Below are positions 38,814-51,730 of a stretch of 64,000 nt of DNA, piece by piece (position 1 is the first letter of the stretch; each line of letters starts with the position of its first letter). The position numbers and the translations under genes were made by a program. The notes beneath the pieces were generated by a model. It ran no database searches and was not told where the DNA came from. It saw only the letters and a program-made list of their open reading frames with translations. The DNA is from Ramazzottius varieornatus (taxonomy: Eukaryota > Animalia > Tardigrada): the NCBI GenBank assembly GCA_001949185.1, contig BDGG01000012.1:798973-862972 (forward strand), in the 5' to 3' direction.

Positions 38814-41800
38814 TCAGAGAATTGTGTCGAACAATGCCATTGATCGTTGAATTCTGGGGTCCTATAAATTCTCGGTAAGGTACACTGCAGAAGGAGAGAT
38901 GCTCACAGAAAAGTACTTTGCTTACAGTCTCGCAAACTTGCATAAATTCCGCAAAGGTGATTTCTCCGTTACGGTTGAGATCAAATTTCTGCAAGAAAGA
39001 AATATCCCCGCCCCTTGAAAGTCCATGAGAGATTTTTCACCAGACGGTACGCAAAGAGAAAGTATACTACCACATATTAGTGAACAGTATAGGGATCAGT
39101 TTTATTGGTCTGTCGGCTTACATTAAACATCCGGTCTACGTGCTCTTTCGTAGCAAATTCATCGGAGGAGGGCTTTGCATGTGCTCCTAACAGCTGATAG
39201 ACAGCAGATACGACATCCCGTAGATTGCCTTTGGTGACTTTGCCGCTGCCATTGATGTCGTACAGGTTGAAGACCCAGCGAGCCTTTTCTTGTAGGGTTC
39301 CCCGCGAGATCGTACTCATGCCTTGGATGAATTGGTCAAATGTTACGTGCCCGTCTTCGTCACGATCAAAAGTGGCGAAAATATAACCGGCAAAAGGTCC
39401 GGCATCTACAAATCATCCATTCATCAATATTGTGTTAAGAGGGACGTGGAAAACGAGAGAAAACATGGAACGTCGGCAATTGAATTGAACGCGATCGCTA
39501 CTTCAAGTGGCGCATGTTCTCATCGTCACTGGTTGGCAGTGTGCGCCGCTCAGGACGCTCGTCGATTGCGTTCAAGTCATTTGCCGATGTCCCACTCACC
39601 ACCGAGCGGATAAAACTGCCCGTAAAGTTCCTTGAAAGTCTCTTCATCGACGACGCCGGACGGACATTCTTGCTTGAAACCTCGATAGATCAATTTGATT
39701 TCCTCTCGCGAGTACTGGGTTAAATGGCACAGTTCATCCAAATTACTGGGTTTATAATGGACCACTTGCACATCGAAGTCATCGTACTCGGCATCTGCAG
39801 AAAAACGAAAAGCATTTGTAATTGCATTTTCTCGTCTTTGGTGCTCTTTTTGCATGAATTTTCAGTAAACCGTTTTGACGAACACTGATAGGCAAGGGTA
39901 ACCTGCACCAAAGCCTGACGAATTTCTGGGATATTATGGTTATCACTAACTTTTCAAGCCTCATCAGGCAAAATTAAAATGCAGAATTTCAGCAGGATAA
40001 ACGGGTCGACGATCTTCTCCGAGTTTAAATTCCAAGCTTGAGAATACGCCGGGTACGTCGGTGGCTTCCGGCACCTCGTGCGGGCCACGCCCATACATGT
40101 GCAGTACGAGCGCTCATCCTTACAGTGTACGGGCCTGAACCTCAATAGTCAACCAGTACCTGGGTCCCCGCTAATAATTTCCTCTTTCGCCCGTCGTAGT
40201 CCATGGCGCAGCATCTCCAAGCAAAAATGAAAGCGACTCAAAACAGCCGCCATGACAGGGCAGCACCATACGCTCACCCAAACTCTTCACGATTAATTCT
40301 ACAGAGTCAGAAAGCTGCTTCTGGGGAAACTCAAGGCTCGATGGAAAGGATTGACATGTAACCCGAATGGAATAATTTATGGAGTGATGAAAGTTCTCCT
40401 CGATCGTCAGTCCACGAGGCATTAACCGCTCTTCAAATCTGTATGGAGCTTTTGAAAAAGCAGTGAAAACAGAAACAACCCGCACAAAGAATTTGTAATG
40501 ACTTAAAGATGTGCATATAAATAGCCCATCTTGCAAAACGGTTCTTCCCCGAGTGTGTCATACTACGCGACCGTCATCATCTTAACACATGCTGACAGAT
40601 TATAATTAAGTCTGTCGCAAAGTTATTAGCAGCCACAACATCGATTAGGCATCGGTGGTGCGAAGACTAAGTATTGGCTCGAATGATCTAAAACGTCAAC
40701 TGTTAAGCCTTCCTGCTATGGAACGTTTCCGATCGTATCCTTGTTGCTCGTAAAATGTTAGTTTGTCGCGTGGTAAGAATATGTTCGAGTCTTTTCTATT
40801 CCGAATTTCTTGCAACTTGTTATGCGATCCTTTCCGGTCTCGACAGACATAAACATGCAACCGGAAGCGCGCTCATGTCGTTCCACAAAGATCCCCAGGA
40901 CATTTGGTAATGAGACACAACCGGCGAGAGCGGATCAGATTACCCGGAGATCATTAAGTGCTAAACTTCCTGGTCTGTCAACATTTTTAGGACATCTCTC
41001 GTCACCACCCGTCCCAACGAAACAGCGAGTCGCCGAGGGCTTCCTGCTGGGTTCACAGACGACGTTTTTGCCTTGAGTTTAAAGTTCTGTTCCTGCTGTC
41101 TTCATGGCCTAATCTGAGCAGAAACAGAGCATCCTGCTCACTTCAAGGTGAAAAAATCGGAGAACTTTTGGATTTTTGAAGAGCCGTTTTCGGACACAGC
41201 AGGAACCGCGATCCGGCTAAGGCGGGCAGGACGTTAACACAGCGTCAAAGTCTACAGGATATCGTGCATTTTTCAGCACCATACAAATAGACTGTCAGTT
41301 GAAAGGGTACACTCCTACCGTCATCCGAAGTCAGCCCGAACGCTCGACTGGCAAAGTGAAGCAAAACTCGGCAAAAGTTCAGACTACGTCCAACCTTCGA
41401 CAAGGGTTCTCCATCCTGGGACTGGCCAGTGAGAAAGGAGGTAGAAGCCGTGCTGGGTAGTTGTCCCATATGGGGTCCTCGCAAGGACTTGCTACGTTGC
41501 ACGGTCCGCCGTCTTCCGGTCGATCCCGCATTGATACTATACATTACGAAAATAAGCTTCGACAAGCTCAACACAATAAAAATATCGATGAATTTATGGA
41601 TTCACGATAGAGAAATAACCAAGCACCATGGAGTAGATCAGCCAGCTGCCTCGACGATCAGGCGAGGTGTGAAAGACCAAGATGCTATCCGAAGCCGTGC
41701 CGCTCCGGAAAGACGCAAATGATACAGAGAGATCGTATTACGATGTCAGAGGGGATTACTGGCAAATCAAATCTCCCTCAGCTTAAGACAAACGCCTCCC

Positions 41801-43251
41801 GGGCAGCAACAGCCAATTTCGACGCCCTGAGACTCAACAGGCTACACCAGCGTGAAGAGAAATAAGGCTCTTTACGTACATGACGTGCCGGATGCTGACG
41901 ACCCGTCGGCGTTCCGCTCCTTAGTAAATAATCGAGCATGACGCCTTTTTCTTTCTGTCCTCGTACAATGTATCACAGTCGTGAGACAACCGTCAGTGAA
42001 ACACCTTTTACTCCTAATATCCAGAATCTGGACAAACAGAACGACAAGATCGTTAATTTAGGTGGCTCACGCTTCCAGCTCACAATAATGAAGGCGTGCG
42101 CCACTTGACTTGACGACCTTGTACGTTTTGTCTGCCCTGCTTCCATCTGAACACTTCCGCTGAGAGATACTGCTCAGAGTTCCTATGCCGTGTCACGAGT
42201 TGCTTTCTTGGATTTTTTCTCGCTATCAAACAAGCAGTTCGGATTTCGGAAGCAGCATTCGAGAGTAGGGTCGTCAAGTTCGACAAACGACTTCGCGATC
42301 ACTATTCAGTACACAGCTCCGATTGAAAGGGAGGCAGGTGCTGAAGTGAGGAAGTGTTGGTTTAACGGATGAGCGAAAAGCCATCGAGAAGACAACAATA
42401 AGAGGAACCCTGAATACATCCGGTAGAAAGGGAAGTGCCTTGAACCTAATCGATTCACGCCTGTTGAGCTGAATATGATGACTCTGTAGCTTCGACAGTT
42501 TATGCAGTAACAAAAGAGTTGTCACACACAGTCGGGCCTCCCGTAGTCCCATCTGCAAACGTTTTTTGTTCCTGCTCAAGTGCCCGGAAACCTGTTTCCC
42601 CAGACAGCCAGACCAATCGACCTGGGCGTCGATTGCCTCCAAAATTCAAACAAATTTTTCTCCTGGTTTGTCTTCAGCGGTACCACCATACTGCTGAAGT
42701 CCCACACAAAACAGTATCCGCCTTGTATGACTACAATCCACTCGCTCGAACTGTAGACAACAGTTTTCGGTTTTACAGTAGTTTGAGGCCTGCTAAACGT
42801 ACACTGTACTGCGTGCTAGGCTACAGGCCAAAATTACATTACACATATATTACACAATGCTTTAACTAATGTAATCAAGTAAACAAGTCGCAGGTATTCG
42901 GCTGCAGTGGGCTTAGCGAGCAGTATTGTTAACTTTGAATGATTTTCGTGCTTTGAGATGGGAAAATTTTGTCCGCATTTCGCGCGAGTGGACTGTATTG
43001 TCTTTTACAATTAAGGAAATTAATACTATCCTTCTTCTACTGGCGCACTTACCGTATCCATCCGAAGAGCCGAATATCACTCGGCGAACGCAGTGGCAGA
43101 AAATCCGGCAGAAGTTGAGCAGACGCTCCTTGTTGGAGAGACCCACCAGCGAACTTCGGGAATCCACGTGATGAGCGTGAGAATGCTTCTTGTGGTGCGG
43201 AGTTCGGCGCAAGGACCTTCTACTAGACGACGCGTTGATGCCGCTATACAT
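38814..43251 (-). CDS. KCNIP: KChIP/neuronal calcium sensor family protein, copy B
   Basis: Exons 43251-43053, 39794-39600, 39405-39122, 38988-38926 and 38861-38814 splice in frame. Motifs IYRGFKQECPSGVVDEETFKELYGQFYP, WVFNLYD and DPRIQRSMALFD. Confidence 0.9.
39466..39594. repeat. Palindromic element copy, KChIP-B intron
   Basis: TGGAACGTCGGCAATTGA..CAAGTGGCGCAT-25nt-GTGCGCCGCTCA..TCATTTGCCGATGTCCCA. Confidence 0.88.
42023..42145. repeat. Palindromic element copy, KChIP-B first intron
   Basis: ACAAGATCGTT..GGTGGCTCAC-25nt-GTGCGCCACTTG..CTTGTACGTTTTGTCTGCCC. Confidence 0.85.
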
Positions 43252-44458
43252 GTCTTGGCAATCAACAGCTCAACCGGTTGGATACACAGTGTACGATAGC
43301 AGCAATGGATACGATTGACTGGAAGGAATAAACACAAGACTTCGTCAGTACAGTATAGATTACAGAGTGGAGTAAGCAAACAAGAATTGATTAATCAATC
43401 TTGTCGAATGTGATCAGAGGCGTATCGAGAATCTCGATTGGATCGGTGAAGAGGAGTTTGAAAGCGGAACGTGGGTGGTCTGCTTACCGACCTGGTAGTT
43501 TGATGTCTGGCAAGTCAAGCTGTTCTGGAATAGAACAAGCTTTCATTGGTGTACTTTCGGTTGGGAGTAACATTCAACATCGTAAATGGAAAATTAATCA
43601 GGCGAACTACGTAGTGATACTGCGTTTGATCGATGGGACGTACCAATCAGCGGGACTGCGTTCACTGCTCTCGATAATCACATTTGCCTGTTTGAGGCGG
43701 TTGGACCTGAACCAGAAACAGAAATACAGTACCATCCTGCCAGAACGAACACACATCCCCGTGCACTATACACCAAAAGTAAACCAGGTTCAGCCGTCAT
43801 CCCCCGTTAATGGTTAATGTTGCGCTGTTGGTGCGGTAATCGCTTACCGTCTGAATGTATCCTCTTGCCCCGAAGCTCTCGGCCCGCTTTATCCCTGAAA
43901 TCGACCCTGTTGTCCATACATCAGCATCATCTTCCACCAGCACAATCCGCTGTGGATATCTAAATACAAGGTCCACGACTGACAGACTGCATTAAACACA
44001 ACCGCTAAATTACCAACCCGGAAGTAGAGTATCCATAAGGATCATCGCGAAGAAAACTAGACATGAAGTTGTTTGGGTTTGCGCTTACCAGCTTGCGGCG
44101 GTACTGAATTTGTCCTCAGTCTATGCTAGTCGCATCGTTAGCCGCCTGGAACAGAAAACTCGTTCAAGCATATTCACGACCCAAGTACGCCTGGCTAATT
44201 AGCGTCATGGCTGACACTGTTACTCCTGTACTGTTCTTGTCTAGTCATACCGCAAACTGCATTGATAGTGAAGAAGAGCAGGGCACCACGCTCCGTCGCT
44301 CCCTGACAGTTCATGATGCTAATTAGCATCACAGAAGGAAAGGTTTTCCTCAAGCTCTGGCTTTGTCAGCGTGTTTGGCTCGTGGCCTCTAGGTGTAAAC
44401 ATAGTAAACGTGTCCATGTCGGGCCAAGGTTGCGCTTAGGTATTCCGTAGGATATTCC

Positions 44459-47008
44459 ATGAGGGCGCCTGTGCATTTGCGAGGACCCTTCATGGCAAAA
44501 CTATGGCTCATTTTTGCCTTGGCTATCATCGCTGTCCAGATGGTCTATGTCCTCAACCTCATCACGGGCAACTATTACAGCGTTGAGGAACCGGAAGCAA
44601 CTATTCGGGAGACATCTAGGAAAACAAAGCCGACTGTTGAAGGCGCAGATACGAAAAGGTTCGACGACAGAGCGGAAGCCGAGAAGGACTCTGACAAGGA
44701 AAACGAAATCAGCAGCAACGATCTCGATACCAAACCGGATGCTGGAGCTGTCGAACCTGAGCAAAGACTAAATGTGGTACTGTATTTTATAATTCGACCA
44801 ACAAGTGTTTTCGTACTGTTTCATGATGTTTTTTCTTTCAGCCCAACAGTGTGGTTCCGCCGGGAAATTCCTTTCATGGAAGTCCCACCCTAAATATACA
44901 AAATAATAATGGTCAACAAAAGAACGCAGCCATGGATGACAACAGTCCACTGTTCAACTTCTTACATGGCGCCGTAGCGCAGGCATTCGACGGTTCATCC
45001 GGGAGTGGAGGGGCGAATCCGTTATCCCAGATCAACCAGCTGATGCCCATGATGGCTCTGCTTCCCGCCTTGACAGGTGGTGCAGGTGGAGGACTGGGCT
45101 CTGTCAACTGGGAAAAATACATGCCACTGTTAGAAAGGGCTGAACGCTTCGCGCGCTACTGCACCACTACGTTCAAGGCCACTTTTGTCGAGATGAAACA
45201 AAAGCATCCGCAAGAAGCTAAGGAACCTACATTTGTCAGTGCAGTCTCCATGAAGGGTTTCTTCCGTATCTTCTCCAATGAAGACTACCAGGAAGATTTT
45301 CTGGAGTTGGTCGATGGAGGCTTCGGATTGTTGGAGCAGTTGGGCATGACTGACCATTTCATTGAGCTGGTTAGTGGGCGGATGTTCGAGAAGATCATCG
45401 GGGAAGGCGAAGGTGCTGGAGGGACGGACTTGCTATCCGCTGGAGGAGCAGGACTCGCCGCTATCTTTTCCAGAAGCGACAAGGGAAAGTCGACGACCGC
45501 GGTGGCCACCACGACAAAAGCGAGCGACGAGGAAGAGGAAGACGACGAAGAAGACCAGGAGGAGAAAGCCCCGGTTGTGTCCAACGAGCACTTTGAAAGT
45601 ATTCTTGAAACCTACGACTTGATGCTGAGAGAAGAAGAAACGTCCAACGAAACCAATGTAAAGATGGAGCTTTCAGGTAGTGAGTTTAGAATTCGGTCAG
45701 GACAATGCGGCTTGTATCGCACTTACTTGTTGCAGGGCGGATGTTTCTACAAACGTGGTACGAAGCGATCCGACGTTACGCTAAAGAAAAGGGGAAAGTT
45801 AATCCCAAACCTTTGACTTCCGATTCCTTTGCCAAGTTTTTAGAGTCGGTCGAGGTCCCTTTCTCGAATATCTTGGATTATGCGTATCCCATCAAGAACG
45901 AGGAGCTGTGCAAGTCCAAGCCGTCACTGCTCGTCGTTGTCATGTCCAAAAATCAGAACGTAGCTTTGCGGAATGCCATTCGGCAAACGTGGGCAGGAGA
46001 AGCGATCAAGAAGGCTTCACCCTCCGTCAAGGTTCTTTTCGTCCTGTCCGATCGGGACGAGGACAGGAAGGTGGTGGAGGAAGAAGCCAAAAGCCATGGG
46101 GATATCATCACGGTGGATGTTCCGCAGACGTACGAATACGCGGCGAGAAAAGCTCTTGTGGCCATGGACTGGACCGTCCATTACTGTGAAGGATCCGAGT
46201 ATGTCTTCAAGATGACCGATCAAATCTACCTCAACGTTTCCAACCTGCAGAAAGAAATGAAGCTCCAGGTAAGTCCTCATGGAAGATTCCGCATTCTGCA
46301 GTGCAGAACAAAGGCGTGCAGTAAACCTGGAAAGAACTTCGTATACGCCCAATCAGCGATCAAAAGTTCCGCAATGACGTCATGGTCAAAGTAGAATCTT
46401 CGTGCAACATACGTTTTGCAATGACGTCATGGGTCGGTTTATCGTGGCTACTGAAATCGAATCTGATCTACTGACCTGAATCGCGTGGCACACTCCATCC
46501 GTTTTCCGTGTGTATCTATCTGATTGTAGGATGGATGTAGGGATGTTTTACTGTTCATTTAGGTTTTGTTTCGAACGTGCTTTTTTTCCAGGCTTCGGCT
46601 ACACTGATGGGAAATTTGGTGAAGGACGACCCGGTACAACGAGTACCTCTAAAGTTGGACTACCTGTTTTATGATGAATATCCCTACGACAAATTCACCC
46701 CATACTTGAAAGGATTTGGGTTCCTTATGAGCTTCGAGGTAGCCAAAAGTGCAATCGGTATCGCGAAGGACTTCCCTCTGCTGCGGGCTGACGACTACTC
46801 TATCACTGGACTGCTGCCCGAAAAGTTGAAGGTGACACCCTATGGGTTTACGGAGCATCCGGTTACCTCTTTTACGGACGCCCCATGGGAAGACACCAAG
46901 GCCATGTCCAGAATGATTTGCGACAAGAAAAGTAGCGCAATGTTTGGCAGCAGACTAAGCGCACCGCAAATGCTTTTCATCCAGGCTACACTGGCCAACT
47001 GCGTATGA
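44459..47008 (+). CDS. Type II membrane beta-1,3-galactosyltransferase-like protein (GT31) with a long stem
   Basis: N-terminal TM helix, LLVVVMS...RNAIRQTWA, EEAKSHGDII, YVFKMTDQIYLN, PYLKGFGFLMS and DDYSITG. Exons about 44459-44776, 44842-45676, 45737-46268 and 46592-47008. Confidence 0.8.
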
Positions 47009-48937
47009 GCACCGATTCGGTTCTTTGTATCACGACTTCGGTTTTTGTTTGGAGTTCTCCACAATTTTTTATATGGTTCGGATTAAGGTTGCTTGATAAA
47101 GTGCGTCGTGTAAAGCAGAATACTTCGTAAGTTCGTTGGAAAACAACGCCCGAACGACCACAAAAGCGCACGAATCGATGGCGTCCTCTGGTGAGGTAAC
47201 TGAGGTTCCCACACGATGATGTGATCTGTCCTTACGTTACATGACAGGACCTGGTGATTTCACGTAATATAGTATGACAAGCTATTGTTGTCCTTTTCTT
47301 TCTTGTTTCGAGAAACTTTCTCAGTTCTCTGATCAGTGATCATCCGATGGTACGATGAGCTTTGCAGAATCACTTCTGAACAAGACAAACGTTATAAAGA
47401 TGAGTCGTGGAGCAGTAAGTGTGACAAGCGAATGGAGCGTTTGTCCGGACAAGCAGCAGTCAAGCTAGCCGACGATGACCAAATGTCCAACCTGTCTTCG
47501 ACCAGTCAGAAGGTTAGTCAACCTCGATCTCTTCCGAATATTCGTCTCGCCTGTTACTGTAGGCTATATCTCCACGCGCTTGAGCGGGAAGGCCCGGGAT
47601 ATCTGAACGAACCTCGTGGAGAAAGCCTGTCGGGGAGATGAACAAGTAAGTGCTGGTAGCTTGCTGATGTGGTTTGGCCTATAGCTGGTCGATTGTGTTT
47701 GCGCGGTTTGCTTGTCGTCGTGCCAGACTGCCAGTTGCTTTGGAGGGAGTGTAAGGGATCATGACCGTAATTTACCTCGCCTTGTTACGTTCCGTTATAG
47801 TTTTCATGCTGGGACAGGTTTTGTTCCTCTCTTTTCCGTTGCTCGCGACTTGCCCTGTGCAAAGTTTTCCCGCGGGACTTCGCAGTGCCGTATCTGTCTG
47901 TACTGGTAGACCGCCTTGATTTCGATTTTTCGATCGTTTGTAGCACGTAGACCTGGGCGCCAAATATACATGGGATACTCGTGTCGGCAGACAGGAGCAA
48001 TGAGGCATAATGATTCAGGGTCGACGAAGAGTGATGACGAGGTCTCTTTTAGGCTTTAATGGATGGCTGGTTTGTCGATGAGGGACCGACTGTCCGGTGT
48101 CATAAAGACCCTGGAACGACCCTAATGGCTGGTTTGAAGTTTAAACGATATCAACCACTTTGACATGCAGTATGGCAGATGCACATGCGCAGTTCTTTGC
48201 ACCAAACGATTACAGTATCCTAAAAACGTTAAACATAGGGCTGGCGGTATCGACTGATATTACGTCCTGTGTGTTCAGGCGGGAGTGCTCGACAGTTCGG
48301 CTGGAGACTTCCCTTTCCATTATGTCCCTCGGACATATACACGCCCGTATGTTTGCGAAGATGCCCATTAATTTCCTGTTCTTATAGTACTCTTAGGGGG
48401 AAAACTTGGTGCCTAACCGCCATTTAGAAGAAAGGGACAAAACGCTTGGCTCAACATCTATTAGCCCCATTTATGTCAGCCACGCACATTCTATTACACA
48501 GGCCAAATCTTTCTGTAATGTATCTTGCATTTATGGCTAGTGTTTCAACTGCAGATTTGCCATTCCGTCCTTTTCGTGTCCCGATACTCTACGGCGTCTT
48601 GGGTTTCCGCACGCAGAGTGTTTCATTAACCTGTATCTCGTCTTTCGATGTTCCTTTACTCTGGTTTCCCGCACTGCATATGCAAGGAAGCGGAATCTGC
48701 AATCGAGCGGGGTTCTTGTAGCACAATACCCCTGGCTTTTCCATGATATGCAAATTGGGTGAGTGAGTAAATGGATGATTAGCACTTTCGACTTGCAAAT
48801 GAGCAGCTCTTGATGCTTTCCTCTGTCAGTACTGAGGTTTTGCAATTAAGCAGGGCATTGTTTCCGAAAATATTCCATCTGAAATTCTGAATGTGCACTG
48901 TTTTTAGTGCTCGTGTATCGAATGTCTTGAGTTCATG

Positions 48938-49050
48938 TGGGAGCCTGTCAAACGAACTTAACCAGATCAGTTTCTAGAGTGACGCACACTTCCAGCCATT
49001 ATTACTGAGAATGTGCGCCATTTGGGAAGACGATCTGGTCGAGCTAATTA
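48938..49050. repeat. Palindromic element copy, outside recognised genes
   Basis: AACCAGATC..GAGTGACGCAC-25nt-GTGCGCCATTTGGGAAGACGATCTGGT. Confidence 0.85.
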
Positions 49051-49930
49051 ATACATGTATGCTTGCATGTAAATTGTCGGATGTGGAATCGGCAGACCGC
49101 GCGTTGTGGTTCGCTAGGCATTTTCAGTCCCTCTTTTGTAGTGTGGTTATTTCCCTATAGTAACTTCAGTACAGTAACTGTAATTGTACATAATTATATC
49201 ATATGTATCATACGCAAGGTCCGTCACCATGTAGGCTCTTGCGCCTTATGTGTTGCTCAGGGTACATCGAAAGCTGAAACTCGAGAACCGCATGCTTCGA
49301 CGGCGGAACAAGTAGCTTGAGACAGTAGCCCTTAAGTTTTCTAAGAACAGTTCGGTTGGAACAAACGGGAAATGCACCGTGAAGCCAACTTCAGGAAAAG
49401 TCGCGTGCTTCCGGCAAGGATGGATGCGATAACTTCGTGACTAGCTGCTGATGACTATCGACTGGCCTATGTTAGTTGAAACATAAACAGCTGCGTGGCG
49501 CTTGACTGATTTAACAGCTTCGAGAACCCACGTCATATGCAGACCCCTTCGCTGTGCGTGGAGCACGGCTCGTTTCCCGTAACATTTGTCCGGTTGATCT
49601 GTTAGACAGATCCAGATCGATGGGACTTGCAGAACCTGGTATAGGAATTCGATTGAACAAGTATTTACATTAGTGGAAAAATACAGTACGATTGACCGCA
49701 TGTATGTCGAAGAAAATAGGAGGAAGGAGCGCGTCGGCATAATGAAGCTGGGGAATTCAGAGATGCGCATGTTGATGAGGAACCCATCGGAAGCAACGAG
49801 TAAACTAAAGTAGCGTATATCCTCTCGATAGTATCGTATAGTTGTAGGACTGTGGCTACGGTGGCGGAGTACTGTCTGGAAATGATTTCACGTCTTTCTG
49901 TTTACCATGGAAAGTAATTCATACGACAAA

Positions 49931-50041
49931 TAGGAGCTGGGCGAACAAAACGTGGAAGTGGCGCACATTTTTATTGTTACAGAATGGTAGGATGCGCCAC
50001 TCAGGGCAACAATACTGTACGTTATCTTCGCGTAGTTCCCA
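49931..50041. repeat. Palindromic element copy, outside recognised genes
   Basis: GGAGCTGGGCGAACAAAACGT..AAGTGGCGCAC-25nt-ATGCGCCACTCA..AGTTCCCA. Confidence 0.85.
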
Positions 50042-50841
50042 GTTTGTGGTGACGAATTTCTGGCTGCTGACATTTGTTTTATTGACTTTGGAGGGTACTG
50101 AAAGCTTTGTGGGAGATTTATACCTCGACTGAAGTGTTTTTATTCGGTCTTTGCTCGAGCGTCGTCCGTCACGCGAAGGTAGATGGATTGCGCGGTAGGA
50201 AATTCTCGTCAAACAATGAACTTTGATGCCGCCATTAAGACAGGAGAAAGTGCCTCTAACTATATCGTACTGAAAAATGAGAAGCCGTCCACTGAATAGC
50301 AGCACGCGACTGTTAATCCGTCCTTGCGCTAAAAGGGGGTTCTTTTCGGCCGTCAAAAAGCGAGCGAAACGATATCACACTTCTTTGGGTATCTGGTTCA
50401 TTGGATATCATTAGTCGCTTACGTGAGTTCTTGGGTGTCAGTTCCTTACGGGTCGCGAAGTGACCCGTCAGTGGGTCTCCATGATAATGTACGGAATTAG
50501 CTTCGTGAATGTACCGAATTCATCGTAGACCCGAGCTAATTGCAAGAAGGTTTCAGCATTTTTATAATTTGGCCGAAAGTTGCAAGTATTTCTCACTGTT
50601 GAGAACTTCTTGGCTTTTTCGAAGTTGCAAAGAATTTTGGCTTGCACGATCTTCGACGTACCTGTTTGCGCGACACTGGGGAAACCGATGCCGAAACTCG
50701 AAGTGAAACTCCGCGGTAGGTTCCTGATGCTTTTCTTTGGGAAAAAACACCATCTACGTGAACCGGTAACTAACTGTGAACCGTGCTGGTGGCAAACAGT
50801 GATACTGTATATCGCGTAGCACAAGGATGTCTTTGGTGCGC

Positions 50842-50955
50842 AGGTTGCAAATGATGTGAACGTTTTCCCAAGCGGCGCACTTTTTGGGCCAGTGATAATG
50901 AGAAAGTGCGCTACTTGAATCAGTGATTTGCTTCCATTCATTTGCCCACGTCCCA
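50842..50955. repeat. Palindromic element copy, outside recognised genes
   Basis: GCAAATGA..CCCAAGCGGCGCAC-25nt-GTGCGCTACTTG..TCATTTGCCCACGTCCCA. Confidence 0.85.
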
Positions 50956-51623
50956 GATGATTTTGCCTGTTCCTTACGTTGCGCGATGCAACAGTTGGCG
51001 AAGAACGTGCTAGGGGTAATGACGCCTCTTTTGTTGTCTCTCCAGAGAATTATGGTGTTTAGCTGGACAAAACGCTGAATTTTGTTCTACTGTTAGCCCC
51101 ATGCGTGTTTTTGATCACAGTGATTTGCGGGCTTTTGTGTAGGGTACGCGACGCATAATTGAGGTCGCTGCTGCCACACAGCGGAGACGATACGGGCATG
51201 ATTTTGCCACCACATCAGATCGGCCTAAAGCTGAAACGAATCTCTGGGGATAATCTGGATAAAGACGGCCTGAACGAGAGTTTTATGAGGTTGGAAGTCA
51301 CTACGCAGGGGACCCTAGAGTCAGGGACAAGCCGATGCGATCGACAGCTTAAGGCCTTCTTGAAGTGTCTTCAGAAAAAGCCATCCAGTGAGCAGTCAAG
51401 TGAGTCCCTTCAATGACTGCTTCCGGACAAAAGCCCGCATATTTTCCTAGCGTAGTCGATCTTTGCTCCGGCACTCCCTCTGCGCCGAAATCTCTTGAAG
51501 CGACACTGTTGCCGAACATGACAAGTTGCTGCAACGAAATCGAAAAACTCCAGAGGGAACTCAGCCGTCAATATTTTTATGTTGGCTTCGCCAAACGATT
51601 GAAGTTGCTCGAAACAAAATATT

Positions 51624-51730
51624 TGGAGCTGGGCAAACAAACGTACAAATTCGTTATTACAAGTGGCGCACGTTTTGATCGCTGTTAGCTGGAGGGCTGC
51701 GCCATCAAGATAACGATTTGTATGATCAAA
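51624..51730. repeat. Palindromic element copy, outside recognised genes
   Basis: TGGAGCTGGGCAAACAAACGTACAAAT..CAAGTGGCGCAC-25nt-CTGCGCCA..ATAACGATTTGTA. Confidence 0.85.

Noticed and set aside
43041-43052. TGGCGCACTT single motif resembling the palindrome core
   Set aside because: No partner motif or arms. It overlaps the KChIP-B donor site GTAAGTGCGCC.
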